From: Aciduliprofundum boonei T469
GTDB taxonomy: Archaea > Thermoplasmatota > Thermoplasmata > Thermoplasmatales > Aciduliprofundaceae
NCBI RefSeq assembly: GCF_000025665.1
Contig: NC_013926.1
Location: forward strand, 930,001-962,000
Direction of reading: 5' to 3'
Length of the DNA stretch: 32,000 nucleotides
Both the position numbers and the translations under genes were made by a program. Positions within the stretch are counted from its first letter, which is position 1, and each line of letters opens with the position of its first letter. Below the pieces are notes generated by a model that worked only from the letters and a program-made list of their open reading frames with translations, did no database searches and had not been told where the DNA came from. Shown piece by piece: positions 7,311 to 16,381 of this stretch.

Positions 7311-8201
7311 ATGGGAAAGAAAATTATGTTTTATCCGGGATGTACATTAAAGGGAGTGGCAAAGAATTTGGAAGATAGCACTGTTGAAAGTGCAAGAGTT
7401 CTTGGATACGATTTCATAGAACTCCCTGGGTGGACTTGCTGTGGCGCTGTGTATGGACTTGCACAGGATAGTGTTAAATTCACAATTGCCAATGTTCGCA
7501 ATCTTATAAAGGCTCAGAATTATGGGAAAGAGATAGACGATAATCGCTTGGTTGCTGTTTGCTCAATGTGTTACAACAATTTGAGGAGAGCGCACATAGA
7601 TGTGATGAAAAATCGAGATAAGTTAGAAACTCTTGATCTTTTTATGGATGAGGAAGCCAATTATGAAGGAAACATAAATGTTCTCCATTATCTTCAATTT
7701 TTGAAGGATGATGTGGGCTTTGATAAAATTGCAGAGAAGGTTAAAAAGCCGCTGAAGGGCTTGAAGGTTGCACCTTATTATGGATGCTTACTCCTTCGTC
7801 CAGAAGAGATAGCCATAGATGACAGGGAGGATCCTCATATTTTGGAGGATCTCTTGAAAATATTGGGTGCGGAGGTTGTGGATTATCCTCTCAAGAATGA
7901 ATGCTGTGGCTCTTACCATACAGTAGACAAAAAGGAAATTGTTAGTGAGAGAACATATAAGTTGGTAAGTGTTGCGAAGGAGATGGGTGCAGATGTTATA
8001 GCAACCTCCTGCCCATTGTGCTTCTTCAATCTTGATAAGAGGCAGGAGATCGCTAAGAATAAGCATAATGACTTTGAGTATATGCCAATTGTTTATTTCA
8101 CCCAGCTAATGGCCATAGCCTTTGGCTTGACATCGCAGGATGTGCTTCATTTTGATAAACATTATATATCCCCTGAGGAGGTGCTTAAGAAATGGCTATG
8201 A
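7311..8201 (+). CDS. hdrB: Heterodisulfide reductase subunit B-like (two CCG domains)
   Basis: 296 aa. It has two CCG motifs (WTCCGAVYG and NECCGSYH) with flanking Cys (YPGCTLK, YYGCLL, SCPLCFFN). Confidence 0.9.
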   Translation: MGKKIMFYPGCTLKGVAKNLEDSTVESARVLGYDFIELPGWTCCGAVYGLAQDSVKFTIANVRNLIKAQNYGKEIDDNRLVAVCSMCYNNLRRAHIDVMKNRDKLETLDLFMDEEANYEGNINVLHYLQFLKDDVGFDKIAEKVKKPLKGLKVAPYYGCLLLRPEEIAIDDREDPHILEDLLKILGAEVVDYPLKNECCGSYHTVDKKEIVSERTYKLVSVAKEMGADVIATSCPLCFFNLDKRQEIAKNKHNDFEYMPIVYFTQLMAIAFGLTSQDVLHFDKHYISPEEVLKKWL

Positions 8202-11200
8202 AAAGAATTGGTGTATTTATATGCCACTGCGGTCGCAACATTGCGGGTACTGTAGATGTTAAGCGCGTTGCTGAGGAGATAGGAAAAAGAGAGGATGTTG
8301 CTTTTTCAACAACTTATGTTTTTATGTGCTCTCAACCTGGTCAGAAACTCATTGAAGATTCGATTAAGAAATACAATTTAGATGGTGTTGTTGTTGCAAA
8401 CTGTTCTCCCACTTTGCACGAAAGAACAATGCGCAATGCAGCTGCCAGAGCTGGGTTAAATCCCTATCGTGTGGAGATTGCAAATATTAGAGAGTGGGCT
8501 GCTTGGCCTCATGAGGATAATCCTGAAGCTGCTACTCGCAAGGCGATAAGAATTATTAATGCAACTATAGAGAAGTTGAAAGCCAACGCATCTCTGCATC
8601 CCCTTGAGGTTCCTGTTAAGAAGAGGGCCCTAGTCATCGGTGGAGGAGTTGCTGGAATGCAGGCAGCCCTTGATTTGGCGGATGCAGGAATTGAAACCGT
8701 TGTGGTTGAGAGAGAGCCATCTCTCGGGGGAAATATGATAAGATTGAGTGAAACCTTCCCGACCTTGGATTGTCCCCAGTGTATTCTCACGCCTAAGATG
8801 AATGATGTTGGAGGACATCCAAATATCAAGCTTTACACTTATAGTGAAGTTGAAGAGATAGAGGGCTATCTGGGCAATTTCAAGGTAAAGATAAAGAGAA
8901 AATCGCCTTTTATTGACTGGGATAAGTGTACAGGTTGCGGTGAGTGTGCAAAGGTGTGTCCAACAGTTTTGCCTAGCGATTTTGATTTGAAAATGGCTAC
9001 TCGTAAAGCTACCCACATACCCTTTGATCAGGCTGTACCTTTCAAATACACAATTACATACAATGGTGTTCCACCCTGTAATGCTGCTTGCCCCCTGCAT
9101 CTTGATGCCCAGGGTTATGTAGCCGCTGCCAAGGCTGGAAGATTTGACCGCTCAATAGATGTTGTTTGGGAAAAACTTCCATTTGCTGGCATAGCCGGTA
9201 GAATTTGTACACATCCTTGTGAAAGTGCCTGCTCTCGCGGTGATATAGATAAACCAGTTGGTATAAGAGAAATAAAGAGATTCGTTGCAGATTGGGCGGT
9301 GAAGAATAAGAGAAAGTACATTCTCCATGTGAAGGAGGAGAAGGATAAGAGTGTGGCTGTTATAGGTGCAGGTGCTGCGGGTCTTATGGCTGCACATGAC
9401 TTGAGAGAGATGGGCTATAAAGTTACCGTTTACGATAAATTGCCCGTGGTTGGTGGTATGCTTGCAGTTGGAATCCCGCCATATCGCTTACCTCAGGAGG
9501 TTATAGATTACGAGGTTCAGCCATTAATTGATGCGGGTGTGGAATTCGTATTAAATTACGAAGTTAACGAGAAGAATTTTGAAGAGATAAGAAAGAAGCA
9601 TGATGCCGTTATAATAGCTATAGGTACTCATAAAGAGAGACACCTTGGCATTCCCGGCGAGGAGAAAGCAATGCATGCGTTAGAACTTTTGAGAAAGGTA
9701 AATCTGGGAGAGGAAGTTGATCTCAAAGGTAAGAAAGTTGTGGTTATTGGAGGAGGCAATAGCGCCGTTGATGCTTCTCGCACTGCTTTGAGGCTTGGTG
9801 CTGATGTTACCATAGCATATAGGAGAACTCGCACAGAGATGCCTGCCATACCTGAGGAGATTGTGGATGCTGAGGAAGAGGGCGTGAAGTTCAAGTTCCT
9901 CGTATCGCCAGCTGAAATTTTGGATGGCAAGATAAAACTTGAAAAGATGAAGCTCGGAGAGAAAGATGCCAGTGGAAGAAGAAAGCCCATTCCCACGGGT
10001 GAGTATGAGTTGATGGATGCTGATGTAGTTGTACTTGCAGTTGGTGAACTTCCAGATGCTTCTTGGGCGGAGAAGTTGGGTATTGAAGTTGATAGGAATA
10101 GGATAAAGACCAATAAATTTATGCAAACATCTATAGAGAATGTATTTGCTGCAGGAGATGCTGTAACAGGAGCTTGGGACTGGGTACATGCAGCCGCTTA
10201 CGGTAGATGGGCAGCGAAGAATGTGGCACATTATCTTGAAGGAGAGGATATGGAAGAAGTTAAAATTGAAATGTCCTCCAGTTTGAAAGGATATAGGGAG
10301 TTGGCTTATCCTGCTCCAAGGCATGAGACAAAGAAGCTTGATATGGAGGAAAGAAAGAGCACATTTAAAGAATTCAATCTTGGATATGCAGATGAGGATG
10401 TTGTAGATGAGGCAAAGCGCTGTCTTGGGTGCGGTGGTTGTGCCAAGTGTGGTCTATGCGTAGAAGTTTGCGAAGCAAAGGCAATTGATTTACATATGCA
10501 AGATTGGTATGTTGAGGAGGAAGTTGGAGCAATAATAGTTGCCACTGGCTACGAGGTTATGCCTGCAGAGGCGTTTCCAGAACTTGGTGGGAAGTATCCA
10601 GATGTTATAACTTCTCTGCAGTTTGAAAGATTATTGGCTCCATCAGGGCCTACTGAGGGAATTCCCAGGAGGCCATCCGATGGGAAGATTCCAAAGAGCA
10701 TCGCGTTGGTGCACTGTGTTGGTTCAAGAGATCCCCAGAATGGCGTGCCCTATTGCTCAAGGATATGCTGTATGTACACCATAAAGCAGGGTATGCTGGT
10801 TAAGCATGCTATGCCCGATGTGGCAGTTTATGATTTCTACATTGACATTCGCTCTAATGGAAAGGGCTATGAGGAATTCTATCATCGTGCCAAGGAAGAG
10901 TACGGGGTGAATTTCATTCGTGGCAAAGTTTCCAAGGTGTACAAGGTTGGAGATAAGTACAGGGTACAGGGGGTTGATACCCTTACCGGAAGGATAATAG
11001 AAGTTGATGTTGATATGGTTATTCTTGCAACAGCTGCAAAAGGCTCATCAGGAGTGAAAGAGTTAGCAAAGAAATTGCGTATTCCTTACGATGAATGGGG
11101 CTGGTTAAAAGAGACTCATCTCAAACTCAAGCCATTGGAGACTCCAGTGGGCGGTGTATTCATAGCCGGTGCTGCCCAGTTTATAAAGGATATTACAGAT

Positions 11201-11509
11201 AGCGTGTCTCAGGGAAGTGGTGCAGCCGCCAAGGCTATGGCTCTCCTTTCCAAGCCTGAATTGGAGAAGGAGCCACTATTGGCAAGGGTGGATACTGAGA
11301 TATGTGCCGGCTGCGGTCGCTGTAAAGATCAGTGCGCCTATGGCGCGATAACTATAGATCCTGTGAGGCATGTTGCTATGGTAAATGAAGCACTGTGCGA
11401 AGGATGTGGTGCTTGCAGCGCAAACTGCCCAACCACTGCAATTCAAGTTGTGAATTTCAAGAAGGGTCAAGTTATTCGCGCTGTGGATGTGCTTGCGGAG
11501 GTGTTCTAA
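8192..11509 (+). CDS. hdrA: HdrA-like flavoprotein with a nested GltD/NfnB-like NAD(P)H-oxidoreductase module ('HdrL-like')
   Basis: 1105 aa. The HdrA N-domain (IGVFICHCGRNIAG, ANCSP) and FAD motif (ALVIGGGVAGMQAALDLA) are present, and the first half of the inserted ferredoxin is CTGCGECAKVCP. Residues about 288-690 carry GltD/NfnB motifs: PPCNAACP...GRICTHPCESAC, VAVIGAGAAGLMAAHDL, GKKVVVIGGGNSAVDASRTA and VFAAGD. The protein then resumes HdrA (CLGCGGCAKCGLCVEVC, ATGYE, VGGVFIAGAAQ) and ends with a C-terminal 2x[4Fe-4S] ferredoxin. An alternative start at 8198 gives an ATGA overlap with hdrB. Confidence 0.88.
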   Translation: MAMKRIGVFICHCGRNIAGTVDVKRVAEEIGKREDVAFSTTYVFMCSQPGQKLIEDSIKKYNLDGVVVANCSPTLHERTMRNAAARAGLNPYRVEIANIREWAAWPHEDNPEAATRKAIRIINATIEKLKANASLHPLEVPVKKRALVIGGGVAGMQAALDLADAGIETVVVEREPSLGGNMIRLSETFPTLDCPQCILTPKMNDVGGHPNIKLYTYSEVEEIEGYLGNFKVKIKRKSPFIDWDKCTGCGECAKVCPTVLPSDFDLKMATRKATHIPFDQAVPFKYTITYNGVPPCNAACPLHLDAQGYVAAAKAGRFDRSIDVVWEKLPFAGIAGRICTHPCESACSRGDIDKPVGIREIKRFVADWAVKNKRKYILHVKEEKDKSVAVIGAGAAGLMAAHDLREMGYKVTVYDKLPVVGGMLAVGIPPYRLPQEVIDYEVQPLIDAGVEFVLNYEVNEKNFEEIRKKHDAVIIAIGTHKERHLGIPGEEKAMHALELLRKVNLGEEVDLKGKKVVVIGGGNSAVDASRTALRLGADVTIAYRRTRTEMPAIPEEIVDAEEEGVKFKFLVSPAEILDGKIKLEKMKLGEKDASGRRKPIPTGEYELMDADVVVLAVGELPDASWAEKLGIEVDRNRIKTNKFMQTSIENVFAAGDAVTGAWDWVHAAAYGRWAAKNVAHYLEGEDMEEVKIEMSSSLKGYRELAYPAPRHETKKLDMEERKSTFKEFNLGYADEDVVDEAKRCLGCGGCAKCGLCVEVCEAKAIDLHMQDWYVEEEVGAIIVATGYEVMPAEAFPELGGKYPDVITSLQFERLLAPSGPTEGIPRRPSDGKIPKSIALVHCVGSRDPQNGVPYCSRICCMYTIKQGMLVKHAMPDVAVYDFYIDIRSNGKGYEEFYHRAKEEYGVNFIRGKVSKVYKVGDKYRVQGVDTLTGRIIEVDVDMVILATAAKGSSGVKELAKKLRIPYDEWGWLKETHLKLKPLETPVGGVFIAGAAQFIKDITDSVSQGSGAAAKAMALLSKPELEKEPLLARVDTEICAGCGRCKDQCAYGAITIDPVRHVAMVNEALCEGCGACSANCPTTAIQVVNFKKGQVIRAVDVLAEVF

Positions 11510-14056
11510 ATGGGAAAGGTACTCATATATGGACTCAGCCTTGCATCTTATCGTGCTGCTGCCAATTTCGCTCGGGCAGGGCACAAAGTAATATTGCTAA
11601 ATCGTGGAGAGTTTATATGGCACAAATTTACCCAGATGCAGTGGCAGAATCCCCGTGACATAATAAATGGATATTCTAAAGGCATCTTGCTTAATGTTGC
11701 AAATATGACAGGAAATATAGAGGTTTATCATAACTCTGAGTTACTGGGGGTGGAAGGAGGCCCTGGAAATTTTAAGGCGAGATTTAAGCACAGGCCACAG
11801 AGTGTAAATGAGTTCAAATGTATAGGTTGTGATTTATGCCATGAGAAATGTGATGTCAAGTTCATTCCTATGCCCCTTGGTCCAGGAATGAGAATAATCA
11901 AGAATGCAGAAGAGTGTTTGGATGTGTGTCCAGTAAAAGCCATTCAAATTCCTAAAGAAGAAGAGAAAGAGGAGAAAGTGGATGCTGTTATACTCTCTCC
12001 AGAATACGAGCCTGAGGATATAAAGAAATATGTTGGGGATAAGAAGTTCACCATGCCTTTCAGAGATTTTGCCTTCATGTTCAGGGGTAAGGGTGTAGAA
12101 AAGCAGTTCTTGAAGAGAGAAGACGGCAAAACTCCAGAATCTCTTGGATTTTTCATACCCGCAGGATTTGAAGGATACCTCGGCTCTTATGAGGAGCATG
12201 TGATAGTATTCCGAGAGGCATTGAACATGAAGGAGATGGACCCAAGTTTGGATGTTCACATATTCATGAAAGAAGTCCGTCTTTACGGCCATAATCAGAT
12301 GGCTTTATACGATAAAGCGATAGAAAAGGGAATAAATGTGCATATTATAGATGAATTGAACATAGAGGAGAAGGACGATTATCTTGTGGTGAATGATGTT
12401 AATATAGATTTGCTCGTTGTTATGCCTGGTCAAAAGATACCTGAGGATTGGAAGAATCTTGCTCAGAATCTTGGTTTAGAGACAGAGCATGGATTTGCAG
12501 TTACTAAGCCATTCACATTTGAAACCACGAAAGATGGAATATTTGCCATTGGTGAGTTTGTGAAGCCCGTTGGTAGTGCCGAAGCCATATACCAAGGCAC
12601 AGCAATAGTGCCTCAGGCAGAGAAGTATCTCAAACCGCCAGAGGAGCCACCGAAGAGAGAAGAAGTTGAATGGCTCCGTGATGATTTCAATCCAAAGGTT
12701 GGAGTGTTCATGTGCAGGTGCGCTCTTGGAAATCTAAATCCAAAAGTGGATGCAGATTATGTCATAGAAAAAGATTATCTTTGCTTGCATCCAGAGGATA
12801 TTGTAAAAGAAATAAAAGAGAAGGGCATAAATCGTGTTGTGTTTGCTGCATGTAGCCCTGCTTTGAGAGGTGCTATGTTAGAAATGGTTGCTTCTCAGGC
12901 AGGTATTCATCCCTCGTATGTAGAGCTTGTACAACTCAGGGAATATGTATCTAGGGTTGGAGGAGATGATAGAAAAGCAAGTGCAATGATCAATGGCGCA
13001 GTGGCTAAATCTAAAGCAAGTTATTTTGTGGATATACCAACGAGTGCCGTAACCAAGGGAGTTGCCATAATAGGAGGAGGACTTGCATCTCTAATTGCGG
13101 CAGATTATCTAGCTGAGAAAGTTCCTCTCGTTTATATCATAACTAAAGAGTTTGATACACCTCATAATGCTACGGGTGTGAAGGGTAATGTTCTCCATAT
13201 AAGCGATGATGAGTTGAACTCTTGGTACAATTCTCTTAAAGATAGGGTTCTTAAGAGAGCCAAGTGGATAAAGGAGGATGTAGAGAGTATTGATGGATAC
13301 CTCGGCAATTTCGTACTTAAGGCGGGAGAGGAAGAAATAAAGGCAGGAGTGCTAATAATAGCCACAGGTGGAGATGTTGTAGAAGGAGGAGAGCATATAA
13401 CCTCCCGTATGGAAGGGAATACCCTCCACTCATCTCTTGCCTCTCTTTATGCAAAGAGGAAAGGTGTCTCCGGAACATATGATTTAATGAAATCCTACTC
13501 CTTGCTTGATGTTGAGCCCCCAGAGGCAAAGCGTGGTGAGGGAGAGCCGATAGCATATGTGAAACCAAGGGAGATTAACAAGAAGATTGCAGAGATGCTG
13601 GGCATGAGGATAGATAAGGAGGGATTCTTGTTCTTTGCTGAAGAGCCCAGGGAATGGGTTGAGCGTGTTGGCATACAGTTTACACTTCTTGAAGATGCCT
13701 TTGGAGGAATTTTTGTAGCTGGACTTGCCCATAGGCCAATGAGCATTGAGGAAGAGGTTGAAGAGGCAGGTTTTGCAGCTCAAAGCGCTATTTATTTAAT
13801 GAATGATAGGCCATCTCCAGCAGGAAAGTTTGTAAGCGTGACGAATCCCAGGAGATGCGCTGGATGTGGAATATGCGTAGATGCCTGTTTTGCAGGCGCA
13901 AGGTATATTGATGAGGAGGATCATATTGCCAAGGTCAGAACCGAGCTTTGCGTGGGCTGTGCTGCATGTGCAAATGCATGCCCAAGCGGGGCTGCGGTTG
14001 TCATGCCGTATAATCCAAATGGAGTGTTTAAAATGTTAAAGGAGGTAGTAAAATGA
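11510..14056 (+). CDS. Tandem, partly degenerate HdrA-like protein (two HdrA cores in one chain)
   Basis: 848 aa. Residues 1 to about 375 parallel the HdrA core (GNIEVYHNSELLGVEGGPGNFKARFK...CIGCDLCHEKC versus PNIKLYTYSEVEEIEGYLGNFKVKIK...CTGCGECAKVC), but the dinucleotide motif is degenerate (IYGLSLASY). Residues from about 395 onward carry an HdrA N-domain-like segment (VGVFMCRCALGNL, FAACSP), an intact GVAIIGGGLASLIAADYL, and a C-terminal CAGCGICVDAC...CVGCAACANACP. Confidence 0.75.
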   Translation: MGKVLIYGLSLASYRAAANFARAGHKVILLNRGEFIWHKFTQMQWQNPRDIINGYSKGILLNVANMTGNIEVYHNSELLGVEGGPGNFKARFKHRPQSVNEFKCIGCDLCHEKCDVKFIPMPLGPGMRIIKNAEECLDVCPVKAIQIPKEEEKEEKVDAVILSPEYEPEDIKKYVGDKKFTMPFRDFAFMFRGKGVEKQFLKREDGKTPESLGFFIPAGFEGYLGSYEEHVIVFREALNMKEMDPSLDVHIFMKEVRLYGHNQMALYDKAIEKGINVHIIDELNIEEKDDYLVVNDVNIDLLVVMPGQKIPEDWKNLAQNLGLETEHGFAVTKPFTFETTKDGIFAIGEFVKPVGSAEAIYQGTAIVPQAEKYLKPPEEPPKREEVEWLRDDFNPKVGVFMCRCALGNLNPKVDADYVIEKDYLCLHPEDIVKEIKEKGINRVVFAACSPALRGAMLEMVASQAGIHPSYVELVQLREYVSRVGGDDRKASAMINGAVAKSKASYFVDIPTSAVTKGVAIIGGGLASLIAADYLAEKVPLVYIITKEFDTPHNATGVKGNVLHISDDELNSWYNSLKDRVLKRAKWIKEDVESIDGYLGNFVLKAGEEEIKAGVLIIATGGDVVEGGEHITSRMEGNTLHSSLASLYAKRKGVSGTYDLMKSYSLLDVEPPEAKRGEGEPIAYVKPREINKKIAEMLGMRIDKEGFLFFAEEPREWVERVGIQFTLLEDAFGGIFVAGLAHRPMSIEEEVEEAGFAAQSAIYLMNDRPSPAGKFVSVTNPRRCAGCGICVDACFAGARYIDEEDHIAKVRTELCVGCAACANACPSGAAVVMPYNPNGVFKMLKEVVK

Positions 14057-14499
14057 GTGAAGAAAAATTTGAACCAGTGATTGTAGGATTCTTCTGTAAC
14101 TGGTGTACATCCGCAGCTGCGGATCTAGCAGGTACTTCTAGATTGCATTATCCAGCGAATATAAGACCAATAAGGGTGATGTGCTCCTCGACCGTTGACC
14201 CTGTGTATCTGGTGAGGGCTTTACAGGAGGGTGCTGATGCCACTATACTCGGTGGTTGCCATCCTGGAGATTGCCACTACATAACTGGTAATTACAAAGC
14301 AAGGAGGAGAGTTGCAATAGTGAAAACCGTTCTAAAATCTCTGGGATTTGATGATACAAGGGTTCTTCTAGAGTGGATATCTGGAAGCGAGGGTCCCAAG
14401 TTTGCGAGGGTTATGAATGAATACACAGATTATATAAAGAAGAGGGGCCCCTCGGACTTCAAGTACCTTGATTCTCTTGGAGGTGAAGAAATTGAATGA
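14053..14499 (+). CDS. mvhD: MvhD-like protein (methyl-viologen-reducing hydrogenase delta subunit family, [2Fe-2S])
   Basis: 148 aa with VGFFCNWCTSAAADLAG, IRVMCSS and GGCHPGDCHY motifs. It has an ATGA overlap with the preceding gene. Confidence 0.9.
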   Translation: MSEEKFEPVIVGFFCNWCTSAAADLAGTSRLHYPANIRPIRVMCSSTVDPVYLVRALQEGADATILGGCHPGDCHYITGNYKARRRVAIVKTVLKSLGFDDTRVLLEWISGSEGPKFARVMNEYTDYIKKRGPSDFKYLDSLGGEEIE

Positions 14500-14506
14500 G
14501 AATGAA

Positions 14507-15559
14507 ATGCTTAAAAAATTCATAAAGGACGCTTTTGATAAGGGTCTAATTGAAGCTGTTATGGCTCCTTCTGCCACAAAAGATTCGTACAGTTATGCTT
14601 TAATAACCAAGAAGGAAGATGTTGATAAATTAACGCCCATAGCTCCTGTAATGCAGTGGAGTGGGGCTGATATGATTCGCAGAATTACAAGATTGAAGAA
14701 ATCTGAGAGGAAATTGCTTGCAATTTTAAGACCTTGTGAGTCTAGAACCTATAAGGAACTCGTTAAGTTCAATCAGATAAATCCTGAGAACATAATAGTT
14801 TTGACTTATGATTGCCCTGGCACCGTTCATGCTAGAAATTTCAAGTATGAGCCCATGACTTCAGAAAAGCTTATTGAAGAGATGAAGAATGGAAATATAA
14901 GTAGCAAGATTCGCGAGTCTTGTAAAGTTTGCGAGTATCCTACACCAATTAAAGGAGTTGGAGACATAGGATTGGGTATTGTGAATACCGATGAACCTGT
15001 GTTTTTCTCTCTCAGTGAGAACGGCAAGGAGTTCTTGGCAAATATGGGCATACAGGAGGGAGAGAGGGATGATACTCAGTGGGTCAAGATACACAGGGAG
15101 AACAGGGAGAAATGGTTAAAAGAGGAGCGCATTACAGGAGGTCGCAAAGGTTTAGAAGATTTCTTATCTTCTTGCTTGAATTGTCATAACTGCAAAGATA
15201 TGTGTCCAATATGCTTCTGTAAAGAATGTTTCTTCGAGGATCACAGCGTTTTCGATTATGAATCAAATAAGTTTTACAACTGGGCCGATGATAAGGATGG
15301 TATAAGACTGCCCACGGATAAATCTCTCTTCCACATTGGAAGGTTAATACACATGGGTACATCCTGCGTTGGTTGTGGTCTTTGTCAGCAGGCATGTCCT
15401 ATGGATATTCCATTATACAGGCTATTTGGAATAGTTGGCAATGATCTCCAGAAAGTGTTTAACTATAAACCTGGCGTTAATGATGATCTTCCTCCAGTTA
15501 TGGAATTCCGTGAGGATGAATTGCATGAGTTTGAAGGCCTCTTTGGGGGTGAGGAGTAA
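14507..15559 (+). CDS. Fe-S oxidoreductase subunit, AsrA / sulfhydrogenase-beta (HydB) / FrhB-like
   Basis: About 350 aa with CLNCHNCKDMCPICFCKEC and CVGCGLCQQACPMDIP motifs, the pattern seen in AsrA/HydB-type proteins. The start is uncertain: ATG 14507, or TTG 14492 six nt after GGAGGTG. The track start at 14468 overlaps mvhD. Confidence 0.65.
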   Translation: MLKKFIKDAFDKGLIEAVMAPSATKDSYSYALITKKEDVDKLTPIAPVMQWSGADMIRRITRLKKSERKLLAILRPCESRTYKELVKFNQINPENIIVLTYDCPGTVHARNFKYEPMTSEKLIEEMKNGNISSKIRESCKVCEYPTPIKGVGDIGLGIVNTDEPVFFSLSENGKEFLANMGIQEGERDDTQWVKIHRENREKWLKEERITGGRKGLEDFLSSCLNCHNCKDMCPICFCKECFFEDHSVFDYESNKFYNWADDKDGIRLPTDKSLFHIGRLIHMGTSCVGCGLCQQACPMDIPLYRLFGIVGNDLQKVFNYKPGVNDDLPPVMEFREDELHEFEGLFGGEE

Positions 15560-16380
15560 TGGGTAAGAAGGTTGAGATATTGGATGTGGATAGCAAGCAA
15601 ATAATGGATGATATAAGGAAAGCGGCCTCACCACCTGAGGAAGTGGAACACTGGGTTACTATATATGTTATGGGAAAACCGTATAGGGTTCCTGCAGGTT
15701 TGACTATAATGAAGGCCTTAGAATATGCAGGTTATCGCTTTATTAGAAGTTCTGGATGTCGTGCTGGATTCTGCGGTGCCTGCGCAACAGTTTATAGGAA
15801 AAAGGGAGAGTATAGGTTTAGAACTGCCTTGGCTTGTCAGACTACAGTAGAAGACGAGATGTACCTTGCTCAGATTCCTTTTGTGCCTGCAAACAAGGCG
15901 AAATATAATATAGATGAGATTGAACCAGGACCAACTACACTCTTGGAATATTATCCTGAAATTGCTCGCTGTGTATCCTGCAACACATGTACCAAGGCCT
16001 GCCCCCAAGAGCTGGATGTTATGTACTATATCCAGTATGGTATCCGTGGCGATATTGCCAAGGTTGCTGAGCTGAGCTTTGACTGTATTCAGTGTGGTTT
16101 GTGTACATTGAGATGTCCTGCCGAGATTCAGCACTATCATATGGCCCAGCTAGCAAGGAGATTATACGGCAAGTACTATCAGCCTAAGAGTCCATGGCTA
16201 AAGAGAAGGCTCAAGGAGATCGATAGTGGAATGTATGAGAAAGCTTATGAGAATATCAAGAAGTTGAGGGAAGATCCAGAGGCAATTAAGGCCCTGTATT
16301 ACAAGATTCTCAACGAAGGAAGGGAGAGGGAAGAGAAGTTGATTGAAGATCCCTTGGATTTTATTAAAGGAGAGGATTAA
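15559..16380 (+). CDS. SdhB/FrdB-like iron-sulfur protein (plant-type [2Fe-2S] plus 2x[4Fe-4S] helical ferredoxin)
   Basis: 273 aa with the [2Fe-2S] motif GCRAGFCGACATV...ACQ, followed by CVSCNTCTKACP and CIQCGLCTLRCP. It shares one nt (TAATG) with the upstream gene. Confidence 0.7.
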   Translation: MGKKVEILDVDSKQIMDDIRKAASPPEEVEHWVTIYVMGKPYRVPAGLTIMKALEYAGYRFIRSSGCRAGFCGACATVYRKKGEYRFRTALACQTTVEDEMYLAQIPFVPANKAKYNIDEIEPGPTTLLEYYPEIARCVSCNTCTKACPQELDVMYYIQYGIRGDIAKVAELSFDCIQCGLCTLRCPAEIQHYHMAQLARRLYGKYYQPKSPWLKRRLKEIDSGMYEKAYENIKKLREDPEAIKALYYKILNEGREREEKLIEDPLDFIKGED

Positions 16381-16381
16381 A

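Noticed and set aside
8509-10545. Several 68-214-aa minus-strand ORFs inside hdrA (for example 9680..10324 and 8630..9100)
   Set aside because: They lie entirely within a plus-strand gene that has dense, recognisable HdrA/GltD motifs. Their translations have no motifs and odd composition.
8192-14056. Selenocysteine (in-frame TGA) in the HdrA-like proteins, as occurs in some HdrA/HdrL homologs
   Set aside because: Both ORFs are uninterrupted, and cysteine codons occupy the relevant Cys motifs.
6897-14499. Reading HdrABC plus MvhD as evidence that the organism is a methanogen
   Set aside because: No mcr, mvhAG, frh or methyltransferase genes are in the window. Hdr/MvhD modules are widespread in non-methanogens. 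The context here is C4-dicarboxylate metabolism.
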